Part shown: in pieces, positions 1 through 14,800 of the stretch
Layout: each line of letters starts with the position of its first letter
How positions within the stretch are numbered: the stretch's first letter is position 1
Assembly (NCBI RefSeq): GCF_964204645.1
Contig: NC_134025.1
Coordinates: forward strand, 20,125,101 to 20,189,100
DNA from: Tubulanus polymorphus
Lineage: Eukaryota > Animalia > Nemertea
Direction of reading: 5' to 3'
DNA length: 64,000 bases
The notes under the pieces: model-generated
Databases searched by the model: none
Seen by the model: the letters and a program-made list of their open reading frames with translations, nothing else
What the model was told of the DNA's origin: nothing
Program-made: the position numbers and the translations under genes

Positions 1-324
1 CAGGAACCTTGCTTTATGAACTCGCGGGTGTCCTTGGAGCACTGATGCCAATGACCATGAAAACTGCCAAAAACTAAACTTCGAATCCGGACTCACACAT
101 CTAGGTGCGGCGACGATACATTCCACTCATAATAAAATGTCGACTTCTACCAGTGACGACCTGCTACACGTTAAAAACATGGCTACTATACTAAAAACAA
201 AAGATGGATTGCTCCAAAAAAAATCTAACTGCCATCAACAACGTAATAATGTAATAGTAAAAAATGGGGTGAATCCTAATAATGCCTATGGGTGATAAGT
301 ATAGTACATGTGCTAGACAGGACA

Positions 325-2990
325 CTCCCCTCTGAAAAGGAGTTTACGAGTTTTCATCAGAAACGTACTTACAGTATGCAATGTTCAACTTCTACCAACG
401 ATTTATTCTGGTTTTTTGTCTTCATAAGTATCGCTTTCGATCAATCGCAATTTTTGCACTGGTCGCTTTAAAACACCATTTGCTGTCTTAATTGCGACGG
501 AACGGACCAAGTCATCACGACCTGGATAGACTTCAACTACAGGTCCCATTTTCCATTCAGTCTTTTTCACGTTATCCTCAGCGATCAATACAATATCGCC
601 AACTTTCAAGTTCTGCTGAACTACAGTCCTCTTCTTGAATCTATTTAGTTCAGCCAAATATTCTCGATACCATCTGGTCCAAAATGACTTTTCGAGTCTT
701 TGGCGGTACAGCCACCTTTTACCAGGATTAGTACTCTTGGACACAGCATCTACATCAGGCACAGCTTGTAGATTTCGTCCGATCAGGAAGTGAGCTGGAG
801 TGAGTGGTAGTAGATTATTCTTTGCACTTGAAAAACTAGAAATTGGTCTGGAATTGAGTTGACATTCGATACCCGTTCGAATGACTTAAAAAACTCATCA
901 GCCGTCATGTCCTCTAATAGTTCCAGATGGACAGCTCTGATGGTCATACAAATGAATATCAATATGTAGGATTTACTGGTTTTATTTTTACCAGTCTTGA
1001 ACTACAATGGTCCAGCGTAATCACATCCAACATGTGTGAATGGAGATGCATCAACAACTCGCTCAACCGGCAGTTGACCCATTTTTTGTCCCAGCTTTTT
1101 GGGCTCCCTACATTCACACTGGTGTATTATTTGCATGGTTTTCTTTCACACCTTTGAGTAACCATTACTTTAACCTCAGTGTTGCAAGAGTTTGTGTCGG
1201 GCCAGTATGTCCATACAGCCGATGATACCATAAAACTAAATTCTCAACCATTCTTTCACCAGACGGCAAAATAACAGGATGCTTCTGTTCATCAGGCAGT
1301 AGAGAATTATTCAAACGACCACCAACACATATGATTTCATGCTTCTCATCCCACACTGGATCAAGTGACTTTAGACGACTGAACTTGGATACAGGAAGGC
1401 CAGACGTTAAACATCTTATTTCCTCAGGAAAGTATTTTTTCTGGATATAACTAATCCACCATAATTCTTCCTTCTTACGATCAGTCAGAACCAGTGGATC
1501 TTCTTGACCATCAGTTCTTCCCCCATGGGTTTTCTGCACCTTTTTTCGCCAACGTCGAACTATACACATCCCTCGTAGAAACGTGTTGTATGACTTCAAT
1601 TTGCCAATACAACTCTCCAGGAAATCTGCATTTTTCGCAGATACTAACGATACGTTAGCTTTTACTTGTTTCGCTTTTTTCATAGCCGTCTCCTTGGCGG
1701 TCTTGCTAGGATGGTCAGGCTTTGGCCAGTGATCTTCAGACATCTACAAAAGCTCAGGACCATTCCACCAGATAGACGACTGTATCAATTCAGTTGCCGA
1801 GCAACCACGCGAACACAAATCCGCTGGATTACATTTTCCAGGGACATGACAAATGTCTTTCACCAGGCCTTTCACCAGGCCTTTTGGACACCCTGTTACT
1901 CACAAAAGTCTTCCAGGTATATGGTGGTTGACTTATCCATTCGAGAGTAACTTTCGAATCAGTCCAACTGGTCGAATCAGTCCAACGGGTCGATGATTCA
2001 ACAGTTATGTTCTTCAACTGATGTTTTACATAAACCAATAATCGACAAGTAATCAATGCCGCTAGTACTCTAATTCTGGAATGGTTCTTTTTTCTTTCAT
2101 CGGGCTGACCCTGGTTTTAGAACACAACAGGGCAACCTTGACCTCATCATTTGGATTTTCACTACGGATATACACACACGAAGCATATGCCTTTTCACTG
2201 GCATCACCAAATCCGTGCAGGGTATATTTTACATCATGTTTTGTTTCCATGAGAACATATCTGTCAAGTCTAAGATCATCGAGGTTTTTCACATCAGCCT
2301 TCCACTGACACCACTCTTCTTGTAGTTCGGCAGGTAACGAATCATCCTATCCACAGACAACAGTCCACGATCGCTGGAATAACATTTTCGCAGTGATCAA
2401 AAACGGTGAGAGTACCCCATTGGGTCACAAATCCGATGTAGTTGTTTCAGAACGCTACGACGAGTTTCAATCTGTAAATCTTCCATCTTCTCACAGAAGG
2501 AGAACATCAACTGGTCATCGCTCGGTATAAACTTGGTACCAAGTGCCTTCAAACCAGATTCACCCTCGGACAACATTTTGACGTGTTGAGTCGCGAGATC
2601 TTCTTTCTTCAATTGACGGAGAGCTTCAGGTTCATTAGAACTAAACTTCTTCAACAGGAATCCACCAGATTCCAGAACGCCCTTTAACTGTAAGGCTAAG
2701 TCAGAAGCTTCCGAGATCTCATCTTCACCAAATAAAACATCATCGACATAAGTGTTGTTCAATATTTCTTCACAGGCTTTTGGGTATTGTGACTGCAAAT
2801 TCTCAGCATGTTGTTGCACAACTTTGATGCTACTGAACGGTGACGTAGTCAGTCCAAACGTCACTGTGGTTAATCTGTAAATATCTGGTTCAGTATCTGT
2901 GTTCATGTTTCGCCACAGAAAGCGTTGACTATCCTGGTCAACTTCTCTCATCTGTATCTGATGGAACATTTTTTCTATGTAACTAGTATA
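325..2990 (-). mobile_element. Degenerate BEL/Pao LTR retrotransposon, 3' part of pol (RT-RNase H-integrase remnants) ending at a polypurine tract
   Basis: Minus-strand ORF fragments: 2397-3002 RT (IEKMFHQI, VTFGLTTSPF, TYVDD), 2062-2292 Pao RNase H (LHGFGDASEKAY...SKTRVSP...IPELE), 1829-2056 (WTDSKVTLEWI...FVSNRV), 1165-1743 (VGGRL...HPVILP...H), 403-762 integrase C-terminus (FWTRWYREYL...VGDIVLI...GRDDLVRSV...KRPVQKL). Many frameshifts and a deleted integrase core. PPT AGAGGGGAG at 325-333 is followed by TG at 324, the likely start of the 3' LTR. Confidence 0.9.
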
Positions 2991-4720
2991 TTTGAGTAAC
3001 AATCTTTGTATGTATCTTTCAACGTATTGGCGAATGCTGCACCCATGGCCATAGCCATCAATTCCAGTTTTGGGACTGTAAATTCTGCGTGTTTCTTTGA
3101 AACGATCTTGTTCTTCGATCCTAACAACGTAACCTTATCGCCTTGTTTGGCATAAGCCACGCAACCAATAGCCACTTTCAGACAAGCATCACAAAATATG
3201 ATATTTTCTAACGGTTTATTCGATTCAGCTGAAAGATACCTATTAATTTTAATTTCACTAGCATTATTCAGGGAAATCCTTATTCTATCGCAATTGTCAA
3301 CATGTGATTGTTCTAGTTTCTGATCCCAATCAACTTTCTCAAGCCATAAACTATTGACGAATATTTTGGCGGGAACCGTCAAAGGACCTGCAAACCCGAG
3401 CGGGTCATAGATAGAGGCCGCTTGCGATGTGACAATTCGTTTAGTTATATGGTCTCCCCACGTAATTGTTTTATCAGCGAGGAATAACATGTCGGATTCT
3501 GTGTTCCAGGTCAGACCCAGCGTCTTAACATTGCTGTCTGCCTGAGTTTCTAAATCGTTGGCATTGATAACAGATTTCAGATATGTTGAATTAGTAAACC
3601 ATTGGCGTAAATTGAAACCGCCTTCAGCCATTATGTTCTTCGCTTATTCATAGTTATTTTGCGCTTGCTGGTCATTTTTTACATGCGTAAGTAGATTGTC
3701 AACATACAAATTCTCAAGAAGGTCCGATGCAATATCTGTTCTGACGAGTTCGCCGCTAACACAAGGGTCGAAAGTCCAAAAACTGAATTCTCTGACTGTT
3801 CATATTGATGCTCACCGATATTTTCGAGTTCACGATTTAAACTGTCCAAAAATAAGTCCAAATTGTACGCTTTATCTTGACCGCTGGTTCCCATCTTTTC
3901 GCAGGATTGGTTCGGAATTCTCCTTTCCACCATTGGTATGATGAACGCTACACACTCTCTGATGTTGATTCCTAAATTTTCTATCGACCTTATATCCGCA
4001 TTAATTTTATTGTAAAATTCACTCAAAGCACTAAAACAATTGGCTGGCGGGTCGATGTTGAGAAGATTGATGACGTGCACTCTAATGATCTTTCTCGTTG
4101 TACCATATCGGTGAATACCTTGTACTGACTCTTTAGCAGCACCGGTCAGTTGCCCAACGATATAATTAAATTTAGTAATATCAGCATAATTACCGCTCAA
4201 CACGTCGGCTTCCATCGCGTTCCAGAAAGCTGTCCAGTTCGTTACGTAGGTAGTTTCAATTTCAGCAACAGCGCGGTTTTTTGTAGCGTCGAATTCGTTG
4301 AAATTTCCGATGATTCATTTAGTACAGTGGTCTTAATTATTTTCGAGTCCAAATACGTTTTGAATTTCATGAGATTGACTCTGTCTTCGGTACGTCGTTT
4401 TTTCCCTGCTGATATCTCGTTGGCATACTCCGTAGGATTCTTTTCTAAAGCGATTTCAATCTCGTCGTTGAGTTGTAAAATGTTTTCGTGAGTAACTCGC
4501 AATTCTTCTAGACACGCGGACATCTCCGTTGTTTCATCGTCTGATGTCGTTTTCTTCTTGGACCATTTGACAAAGGTTTTTATTTCTTCGTCAAAACTGT
4601 CCATCAGCACCTTTCTCTTGGCGATTTTTCAGTCATCGTGATCCAGGTGATTCTTCCAGTCTTAAACTGGTCAAATTTGCGTTGTGATTTTTAACCGCAA
4701 TAATCCTGGTCACAGCACCA
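2975..4720 (-). mobile_element. Second, different BEL/Pao element fragment (gag, large deletion, RT end, RNase H) with primer-binding site
   Basis: gag-like ORFs 4242-4610 and 3679-4215 (KLKLPT...KFNYIVGQLTGAAK), an NLYVDNLL RT motif near 3685-3715, ORF 2975-3631 (GGFNLRQW, LGLTWN, IYDPLGF, FCDA, TVPKLEL). The RT-RNase H junction is also present in the neighbouring fragment, so these are two copies. Confidence 0.85.
4703..4720 (-). promoter_or_regulatory. Primer-binding site of the BEL element (TGGTGCTGTGACCAGGAT, tRNA-His-like); 5' LTR lies at 4721 to about 5320
   Basis: TGG-starting 18-mer directly after a CA dinucleotide on the minus strand, upstream of gag. The far LTR boundary (TGTCCC at 5320) is a guess. 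Confidence 0.7.
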
Positions 4721-6866
4721 TGTCGATCTTGTTGGCAGATCGAATGGTATCGTCATACGAAATACTGCCTAAGACAGTGAAAACGAACACGTCTTATTCG
4801 GTTGAGTTCAAAATCACTGGTTAAACTTTATGTTCTGCAATCAATATTATCAACTAATGTTTACGTTGTCATTAGCCAATTTTCTTTATTAACAGGCGGG
4901 TAGACCTGAGACCGTGATCATATGATGTATAATGAAATAGATTTATATATCATCATGTGTAAAAAGACATACTCACTTATATGAAATGATGAAATTTTTG
5001 AGAATCAATGTGTAAAAGCGATGTAAAATGCGAGCCAAAACGTGAGCTATACAATTTCGTAAAATTGTATCGTGTTAGATGTATTAAAATTTTCACCAGA
5101 CCGGGACTTCGCACGAGCTGGAGTTCGCTATCTCGAGAATTTCAGGAGAGCATTTATTATACCCACAGGTGCATGCGATTCCATAATTTATATTACGATT
5201 TCGGGTTTTAACTAAGACCAGGTTTTATGATTCCATTGCGGGTTTTATGTATTCTGGGAAATGAAAAGAACGCTTCGTTGAGTATCCTCATTCCTAGTGC
5301 GTCACTAAAATTATGGGACAGTCTTTTCAGTATACGGAAAAAATGCCACCGGTAAAAATGCCACCTACAATTTTTTTCAACAATTTAAAATGATCTAATA
5401 ATGATAAAAATTCCACAGTTTATTTTCAGACAGACTTATAATTTGTAAGATTAACAAGTAATGTACATTTTTTGATTAACAAGTAACATACAATGATTTC
5501 TTTCAACAGTTTGAAACAAACAAAATGATGATAATAGAATTCCACAGTTAATGTTCTGACATTTCCTATCTATGTATGTAAATAATTGTATATATATGTA
5601 TGTATAAATGTTGAAAATAAAAAGGGCATTTTGAGATAAAAACGACATTCTAGAATTTATAAAATCTGCTTTTTGCTGCAATTAGCAAATTAAAGTCCTG
5701 GCACGAGATTTTTGCTACAGTGCACGTGCCTACGGTGCTACCGTCATTATACGCACCTGGATCGCAAAAATAGTCTATTGTCTGCTCAATATTAGCATTT
5801 AACCCAATACATACTGGATGGACCAAGACAGAGCATTCCTTGCTTGCCATATACTACCTATAGCATAGATAATTGAAGTATGTATCACATTTTGCTGTGT
5901 GGTAATAGCTAGAAAACCCTGAATAATTGCCCAGCAGTAACTGAGACTTAACCTTCCATCGACGCTTTTATGACAGAAACTGTATACTTCTGTGGATATG
6001 CTTTTTTTTTCTTTTTTCGAAGCCCATACTCGAAACTGACGATGGTGCAGCGAGGGTGGTTCACATTTGGTCAATCCATACACTGTATATATTAATGCAT
6101 TCTACAACGATACTCACTTTTGGAATTGGATTTCTTCGTAGTTTTTTTCCTTTTTCGTCTTTTTATTTTCTAAAGCGACATAGGGAAGCTCTTGTAAATG
6201 TCATATCTTTATAGGGATATTGTCTTCTGTTCTGCTTTCTGGATCTATGACACTGACTGTGTTTGTCATAGAGCTAGTATAAATCACTACTGGTCACCCT
6301 AAGCAGTCGGGTGTTGATCAGACTAATATGATGAAACCTCTTCATGATATCCCTGCCCGTGAGAAATGGAAAGCGACAAACATTGTTTGAAGCAAAATAA
6401 ACGATACATGTAGTTGATTGATAAAAGGTCATTTATTAATATGAATAAGAGATGAAACTATTGTGATTACGAAATTTATGCTTATTGAAACAGATTCATA
6501 CTTATTTGCGAAAAAAATCACCTCAAGATGTTTGTTTGCGCATACGATAAGTGTGTAATTACGTTTTTAGAACAGTACATGGATGGTGAAGCAGACAACT
6601 TCTGGCCCTCACTCAATCATAATGATACATTTTTGAATAGGACATCATGATACGTTTTTGAATAATTCAAGCACGTGGAGGCAGACAACTATACTGGCCC
6701 TCCACGCACAGCTATAAATTCAAATTGTAATTAAATTCATTCATCATAAATTTTTAAAAATTCATCATAAATTCATGATCATACGATTGTTACTTATAAG
6801 ATACATACACACACAAACGCATGCTTATTATATATCGGTACAGATGAATATGCATATGTATATATA

Positions 6867-7932
6867 CAGTGCTTCATCTAGCATTAAAAAAGGGCAGGGT
6901 GCTGATTTCAAATAAGGGCATTTTTGTGCGTGATTCCATTTGAGCAAGGGCACATAACACACTCACGTCTGTTTTAGGGGCAACCTGCAATGTACCCTAT
7001 TGCATAGAATCGAGGTACCCCCTACTATGATTGAGGACTAGAAACTATGTTTAACTCTGATTTTGCCACGAGTGACACACTTGACCACAGTAAATCCTTA
7101 CACCTATGCCTGTCAATGAACAAAAGTTAATCAATAATATGATAGATATGGCATTCAAAATGATTTGGAAAACCAGTTGTAGACAAAAAAATAGCAGAAA
7201 CAAGCAATCTCTAAAAGCAAATGATACAGCAAAAAAGAGCCAACAATAGTGTATAGGCCTACATGAAATTGCATATTTTTAATCTTAGAAATATAATTGA
7301 TTTAAATCGATAGTGTTAGTGATTGGCAAGTAACTGTTGATAATTGGTAAGCAGCCAGCTTAACACATTATTGCTATTAGGCTACTCAAACTAATTGTCT
7401 CTGCGAGTCTCCTTGTGAGTTCACCGAACAAAGTTTTTCACTTAATATATAAAATTTGTCTAATAGTCTAGATAAAAAGATCCAAAGCGCGCATGACGAT
7501 GTGTTCAAAACGAAACAATCCATCGAATATACACTACAAGCTTTACAACGGCAGTCGCTAGAATGATTGGCAGTAGTTTGGGAGTCAGCCAATTTCCTGG
7601 AAACTTAAACTAGGCCACGGGTCTGAGACACGTTTTCCCTGGATGCACACTGACTGCAGTACATTTAAATATAACCACTGATCACATGTAATCGTTGATA
7701 TACGAGATATTTCATAGCCATCGCAGGATACTTACTAACAGTCCGATGTGACGGCTTATTTTGAAAGCCCTGATTCATTACTCGTGACTCACAAGGGCAG
7801 GATGGCGGACCTACGGCAAGTGATGAGGGCACAAGGGCGAGCATGGGACACATCTGAAGTGCACAAGGGCGGCTATTTTTGGGGGCAGACCGGACCAGAC
7901 CGCCCCTCTATTTTTGGCTAGATGAAGCACTG
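6867..7932. mobile_element. Non-autonomous TIR DNA transposon (hAT-like termini)
   Basis: CAGTGCTTCATCTAGC at 6867 and GCTAGATGAAGCACTG ending at 7932. No TSD preserved. Confidence 0.6.
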
Positions 7933-8899
7933 GCTTTTCAGTGCCTCCGTGTAGATGGGCCTAAAGAGAGAGGAAAGTACATATACTTGCAGGCAGACTG
8001 AAATCTGGCCTTTTTGAAAGCTATCAAAATACTATGGTAAATCATTACCATATTACACACACAAGGTAAAAGATGTGAGGCAGACTAAATCTGGGCATCG
8101 ATAATTCAGTTTTTGCATTACGAATAGTGGCAATGCATCATTAGCTCACTCCCAACCAGGCTGGGCCGATTCTTATATTATGTTTGAATGCATCAAACTC
8201 CTATCGTACTAACTCTTGAAAGAATAATAGCAGCTTTTTTAAGGATTTTGCAAAAAAGGCTTACAATACAGCCACACCATCTCGTAATTGAAGAAACCGA
8301 CCGCACTGCCAACTGAGTCAAAATATCAATTGTTTTGGGTCAATTGGCATGGGGGCTGCTAAGGATGGAATTTTCGACACCTTTTTAGAGTTTTCTTATA
8401 AAGAAAGATGCGGTTGGGTGAGGTAGGCAAGCTGATTTATGATAAAAGCTAGTCGCAGGAATGTTGGACATAATAGTGGCACTGCTATAACCTGAAGGAA
8501 ACAGATGCACTATAAATCTAGATCAGAAATGGAAAAATGATTCTGGTGGCCGATGTTCACTAAGAATTTTTGAAAATGTGTAACCGCGCAACAATATGCA
8601 GCCCTTGTTGAAGGAGCGACGGACCTGGCAAAAATGAATTTTACCATATTCTGTAGCTGGCTGGTGGTTTAGGAGTTGGCTGTCTGTGCAGCAATGGTGC
8701 ATACTGCCTGGCCTCCCGAAAACAGAAAACAGACAACTTGTAACTTATAACATTAGTGTATCCTGCTATATGTTCGCTGCGAATAAATACATTATGGTGA
8801 ATTCTGCATGCAGGCAGTCACAGTATATGTGTAAAATAAGGTCTTTATCAGGTCTGATCAAATTAACATTTCACAGAATGATTTTCTTTTCTTTTTTAG

Positions 8900-11800
8900 T
8901 TCTAGAACTATGTTCGACATACGGTCTGGATGCCAGTGATATGGTCGATGAATGGGTTGCATTTTCTACATCAGCATCAACAATAATATCGCTTGAAAAC
9001 CTCCTACAATTTGAACGCTCAGTAAGTCGCATTTTGTCTCATTCGTTGAGAACCATTGATTTTGATCTTAAAGTAGGGATTGACCCTGTTTATTATTTAA
9101 TTGGCAGGATTTCATTTGATTTGATTCCATTTGATTTTATTGTTGTCTCTTACAAACCCGCCACACCTGGCGGGATTGAAACGGGGTTTGATTTTGAAAT
9201 TCGAAATCGAAGTACAGATATAGTTGTGTGATCGGCGGTCGAAGTTACAGCATTAATTAAATCAACGTACATAATTAGTGTATTGTCTGAATGCTCGCGA
9301 AGTTTGATGTTCTCCACAAGGTGGTGGATTGTCTACTATAGGGCAGGGTCCCTACGACTGGAGGAAGGGCCAGCATTTGTTGCCTTATTAGGTGGTTGAA
9401 GAATTTGTTTACATTACCACCGACTTCAAACCCTCCTCGAAATTTGAAATTTTCTCCCTTACGATTCCTTTAAACCACCACACATCAGGCGATTTTGAGT
9501 TGCAAATTTTTATCAATGGCAATACAAATTGTGGCGCCACAAGTTTTTGATGCCACTTCATTTTAGAGGGCCACCATTTTGTGAATTGCACATGATTTTC
9601 ATCTCAACGCTGATTGATTGTTTGTTTTTTGCTTGTAACCGCACACAAGGCGACTGATGGTGATTTGATGCCAATATTGTCACCAAATATCATGCTAGAT
9701 CAGATCGCTATAGATTATTTCTCAAGCTTGCCAATGGTTGAACACTAAACGATATCATAGCAAATTAGTCGGGTTGAACAAATCATCAAGAAAACGCTTA
9801 ACACTACTGTCGTTGCCATGACATAGGCCTATATGTGTTGTACGTAGATACTACAGGGAAGTGTCTGAAATATTTCGTCCTGTTATTTTGCAGAAACTTC
9901 TGAAAAAAGTAAAGAAGGTTCCGCGCACGCCGATCGGAAAAATAAAGAAGTCCGTCTACAATTCTCCTCAAGCTGGGTATCCTTTTATAATGTGCGAATA
10001 AAAATTGTATAAATCAATTATAAGAATTGTGATAATCGCAAATTCATCGCACATTTACGTGATATCTTTTGTGATGCAGGAAATTTCTATGATTTTCATG
10101 GCTTTATTATAAAACCTTAACTTCTTTGATTAATCACAGACTTGATGAAGATGTTGCTGAAGAATTATTTGATAAATATTCAACTCCCGCTACCAAAGTA
10201 TGACAAATTTCACTTGTGTAAATAGTTTATTCATGATGGGTGGGGTGTAAGTTGGCTTTTACAAACTTGTCTGAGCCAATTATACACGTGGTATATGATT
10301 CAGTTGAACCCCAATATAATTCAGATCTGCTTAATCTAGATCGATTTGGAGCAGTGAAAATAAACCAAATTGAGTGCATCAAATGAAACATTATATTTTA
10401 CATACCGTATATTTATGTATAGGCAGGATGTATAGGCAGTGCAGTAAATAATCGAAGAAGTCCCACAATTTGAGTTTCATATGATAGAATTTATTATTTT
10501 GAAACCACAACATTCGAATCGTGGGACTTCTTCGATTATCTACAGTGTAGACGGATTAAAGTGTTTCATATGACTATTACAGTGAATCTAGATCAAAATC
10601 TGTGGATCAAGCCAATTATTAGCGGTATTCACACAAGGATTTCAGTACAGAAATAAGCGTTCACACAACAAAATTATTTGAGGCCTATTCTGTTCCATAC
10701 TGAAATACTGGGCTTATTAAGCGCAGAAAGTGATACCGCACCAAAATCCCATATTCTCTGTAGTGTGAACATTGATTCTGCGCTTAGCTAGCCATGAATT
10801 ATAGTAGGCTTCCCTCAATGAGAGGGATGAGTGTGGTTTATTCACCCAAATGGCAGTTTTCACTCATGTTTTATTCCTGTTTGCAACATAGGAAGCCACT
10901 ATAAGAACAAAGATATATAGGTGGTTGTAGTTGCATGATTTGATGCTCACTTTTTACGATATTACTAACATTTTGCTCACATTAGCTACAGTTATACTAA
11001 TACACAAAATTGGCAATCTGAACTGCCATTTGGAAGGCAGGAGAGTAGTTTTGGAATGGAAAAATGATAGCATGGAAACGCTATCTTGAAATTATTCTCA
11101 ACATCAGCAAAACTATAAAGTGCATTCTGGCAAATTCGGCACTACACGAGTATGGTACTTAGTATGCCCAGAATCTCATGTGAGCACCGCTAGAATAAAG
11201 TGGGTTTGACTGTTCACATGTATTAGAATTTAGCAGGAAAAAAACCTACGTTTTGACTGAAACATGATGTTGAATTGATACTTGCCAGACATTATGAATT
11301 ATGAGTTACTTGTACATGTATTTATAAACTAACAGCTTTTCTAGTCAATTGTAATTTGGGGTTTTTGCTGTGATTATAATAATTAGTGAACACAGTATGA
11401 ACTTATTTTTGTAGAAAAGTCATAAAAGGCAGCATACTCCGGATACTGGACCAGTGAACAAACGTTTGGGTGCAATTGGTGGTAGCCCTGTTGTACCCTT
11501 TTCTCCAAATAGCTTTTCTCCTGCAGGGTAAGTCTCTGATAAACCAAGAAGCAAGCTGTTTCCATTACCGGTATTCCCTCTTTGCATTAGCCAATGATCT
11601 TACTAGCACAGGGTGGCCACTGACCTGGAAAACCTAGAAAACTCCGGTGAGAAAATCAGGAAATTTTACCCAAAACCTGAACAACTGGGGGAATTTGGAT
11701 GACCTCATGTTTCTTTATCAATACGTTATTCAATGAAAAATAAAAGAATTGTAACATTTTGATCCTAGAAATTTCTCTGATTCACTTTGGAAAACTCAGG

Positions 11801-14800
11801 GGATTTGTAAATTGGTGGAAAGCGGCCACCCTGTAGCACAAAACCAGATGGCAAGGCTAGCATTACAGATATCGTAATAGAATAATTTTTACCTTCATGA
11901 CTACGTCATGAAGGTTTTAAGATGGTAGTGAGTCGATAACATCATTTTCGTGTCACCATTAATAACTTGTTGGTGGGAGTTCAGATGAAGATTTGTCAAA
12001 CGAATGAATACTTTAATATTATTAATGCAGAGTGTGAAATTTTGCTTTTTTTAAATATTTCCCTTAATGATTAGAAAATGTCGATGGTAATAGAGTGGGA
12101 AAGTTTCTATCATTGAATGGGCCAATCGGTAGAGTGCACCTGTGATAATGCGGAAATAGTTCCATATGAGGGCAAAGCTTTTAAATGATTAGACAGTCGT
12201 AGGTGGTTTATCAACTTTTTTGAACTATAGTGCTGCTATTTTCCCAATAAAGTTGCTAGATTTCGATTGTTTCTCATTAGTCAACACTTGTAATTCAAGT
12301 GTGATTTTGATGTACGTAGAGATACATTATGACTAGCGTAATGAATGACATACAACAAATTAACCTTAAAAGAAAGGTACCTAGTGTCTGATTTTTTACT
12401 GAAAAATTCCGAATTGATTCACCACATAGTTTTTTCATAGTGAGCATTTTAGTATATGAATCAATTAAGATGATTGACAGACGCGGGTGCGTTTGTAGCA
12501 GCTGTTGAAGACGTTTGATGTATACAATAATATAAACGATATGCGCGATGCAAACAGGGACATCAAACTAAGAAGGACTGAATTTCTGAATTACATGTGA
12601 TTTGAATAGACATCTGTGCTGGTTTTTCAAAAAGTCGAATCTTAATTGACTCCTATTGCATAGGCCTAAGCCAGCCCCTCTGGAATTGAATTGAATTCGA
12701 CAGTAATTTCGCCTGTAATTTGCGATGAATCTTTTCAAAATAAGCTTGAGGATTGGGTCTGACGAGTTGTCCACCCCTATTGTAAAAAAAGGCCATTGGT
12801 GATCAAATATGGCTGCCATTGGGGTGGTCATCTTGAATTTCTTGTTTGCACGATGCAGCCTGCAATTCTTGGTGGATTTTCGCAACATTAGGTGTGAGGA
12901 TCAGGGTAGGTAAGCTGTCTATGCCTATTGTATATGGAGGTCATCGGCTTTCAAATATGGCCACCAGGATAGCCATCTTGAATTTCTAGCATGAAACGGC
13001 CTGCAATTCTTGATACATTTTCATGATATTAGGTGTAAGAATTTTGGTAGGTGAAATGTCTTCTCCTTATTGAAGTCAAGTATGGCCGCCAGGGTTGCCA
13101 TCCATCTTGGATTTCTTTTCAGCACGATGCCTACAATTCTTTATGCATTTTTTCATGTAGTGTGATCTTTGGGGCAGCGAAAATGGGCTTGTCTTTTCAT
13201 GTAAGGATGTATTAACAGAAAATGAACATTATCGCCACCCTATACCATCTAAACTATTTTAAAACTTGAAACATCTTTACACTGTAAATCTTTCTGTAAA
13301 ACTTTGAATTACTGGATCTTTCTTCTTCTACTGCGTCATGAAGGTATAAGGCCCGTGGGCCTCTTGTTCATCAACATCTTGTAAATTTAGGCTCCAGAAA
13401 TGAAATATCATTCAAGCCACAAAATTATATATTATTGACAATATGCAGTCACTATTATATTAGGTATAGTTTTGGTTGATAACTGCAGAGTCGCCACTTC
13501 TCCGGATTTCTCCGGAATTCCGGATTTTTAAAAAATCCAATTTCATTTCCGGATTTTCGGGAGAAGTCAAATAACCACAAAAGAAAACATCGCGAAAAAA
13601 ATAAAATCAATTCGGGATTCGACCCTAAACATCAAAACGTAACGGCTCCGTAGAGGGTTCGAAAAAGCCGTATTGTCGTAGTGGCAACAACCACGTAGTG
13701 GCAACAACCCCGCAGTACACGATTAAACCAAGATGACGCGATGATCGAAATCGACTGACGCTTCGTTTGTTTTTGGCTCTGGTTTATATATGAGGCGTAT
13801 TTGACGGAACCAATCGCTATTTGAAAAAATGATCTATACACATTGTTGTTATTGGAGTGAGTGAGTGTATAACCTTTGAGAAAATGCTTACTGAAAGTTT
13901 TAAGCGACAGATTTTCATTGGATTGTAATTGACAGACGTGAAAATTGATACACACATCCGGTAATGAATGCACCAGAACGTATCTCCTGGCGTTCTAATT
14001 TCAAAAATTTTCTGGGGGGCCCCAGACCCCCCGACTTATTTTCCAGATTTTTAGCTTCACATAAGTGGCAACTCTGTAACTGAGAAATACACAAATATAG
14101 TGTTATTCTGATAAAAGTAGAGTTCATTTTGAAAACTCAATATATCGCAATAAATTCTGCCATTGTCAGGCGTTAACAGAGTTAACGATTTCCTTGTTAT
14201 TTTTGAATTGATATCGATAGCCCTTTGTAGCTTTTGATAACAAATTCATCAATAAATGACAGGATAATTTCGACTGTAGTAGCACTATTCAGTGACGGGA
14301 ACCATTTCACGAATTAAGAGGTGTTGGGCTATTGAGAGCACTGGAGTACAAGGGAGACACATCTTTTCTGATCACACTGTTCAAAGAGTTACTCCCAATA
14401 TTTGCTAGTAATCAAAAGGAGAGATTTTAAGTTTGTGACCAGCGCAGGAAGAGATATAAATTGTGTGTTCGATTACAAAGGCTCTCCAACGTTCTTCATT
14501 AGTGAGGGGCACTGCATACCTTGGAGTAGATTGCTGAAAGAATAGTTCCAGGAACGCAACGTCACTTATTGCTTGTCTAATTCTTCAGAGATAGTCATTC
14601 ACACTTTGTAAAGTCATTCATTGCCCCTAAGGTGGCCCTTTTCCCATAGATGTGGGGAAATTTTTCTTTTGCAAATCTTGGACCTCTAATTTTTGTCTGT
14701 GCAGGCTTATCTGTTTATGCAACCGTCAATTGTAACCCTGAACCCCCCCTCCTCAGGCATACGACACTTTATCGACGCATTTGGTATTTCTAATCGACCA

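Noticed and set aside
8686-9231. 181-aa ORF as a stand-alone gene
   Set aside because: Only 8900-9021 is a POLA2 exon; the rest is open intronic sequence.
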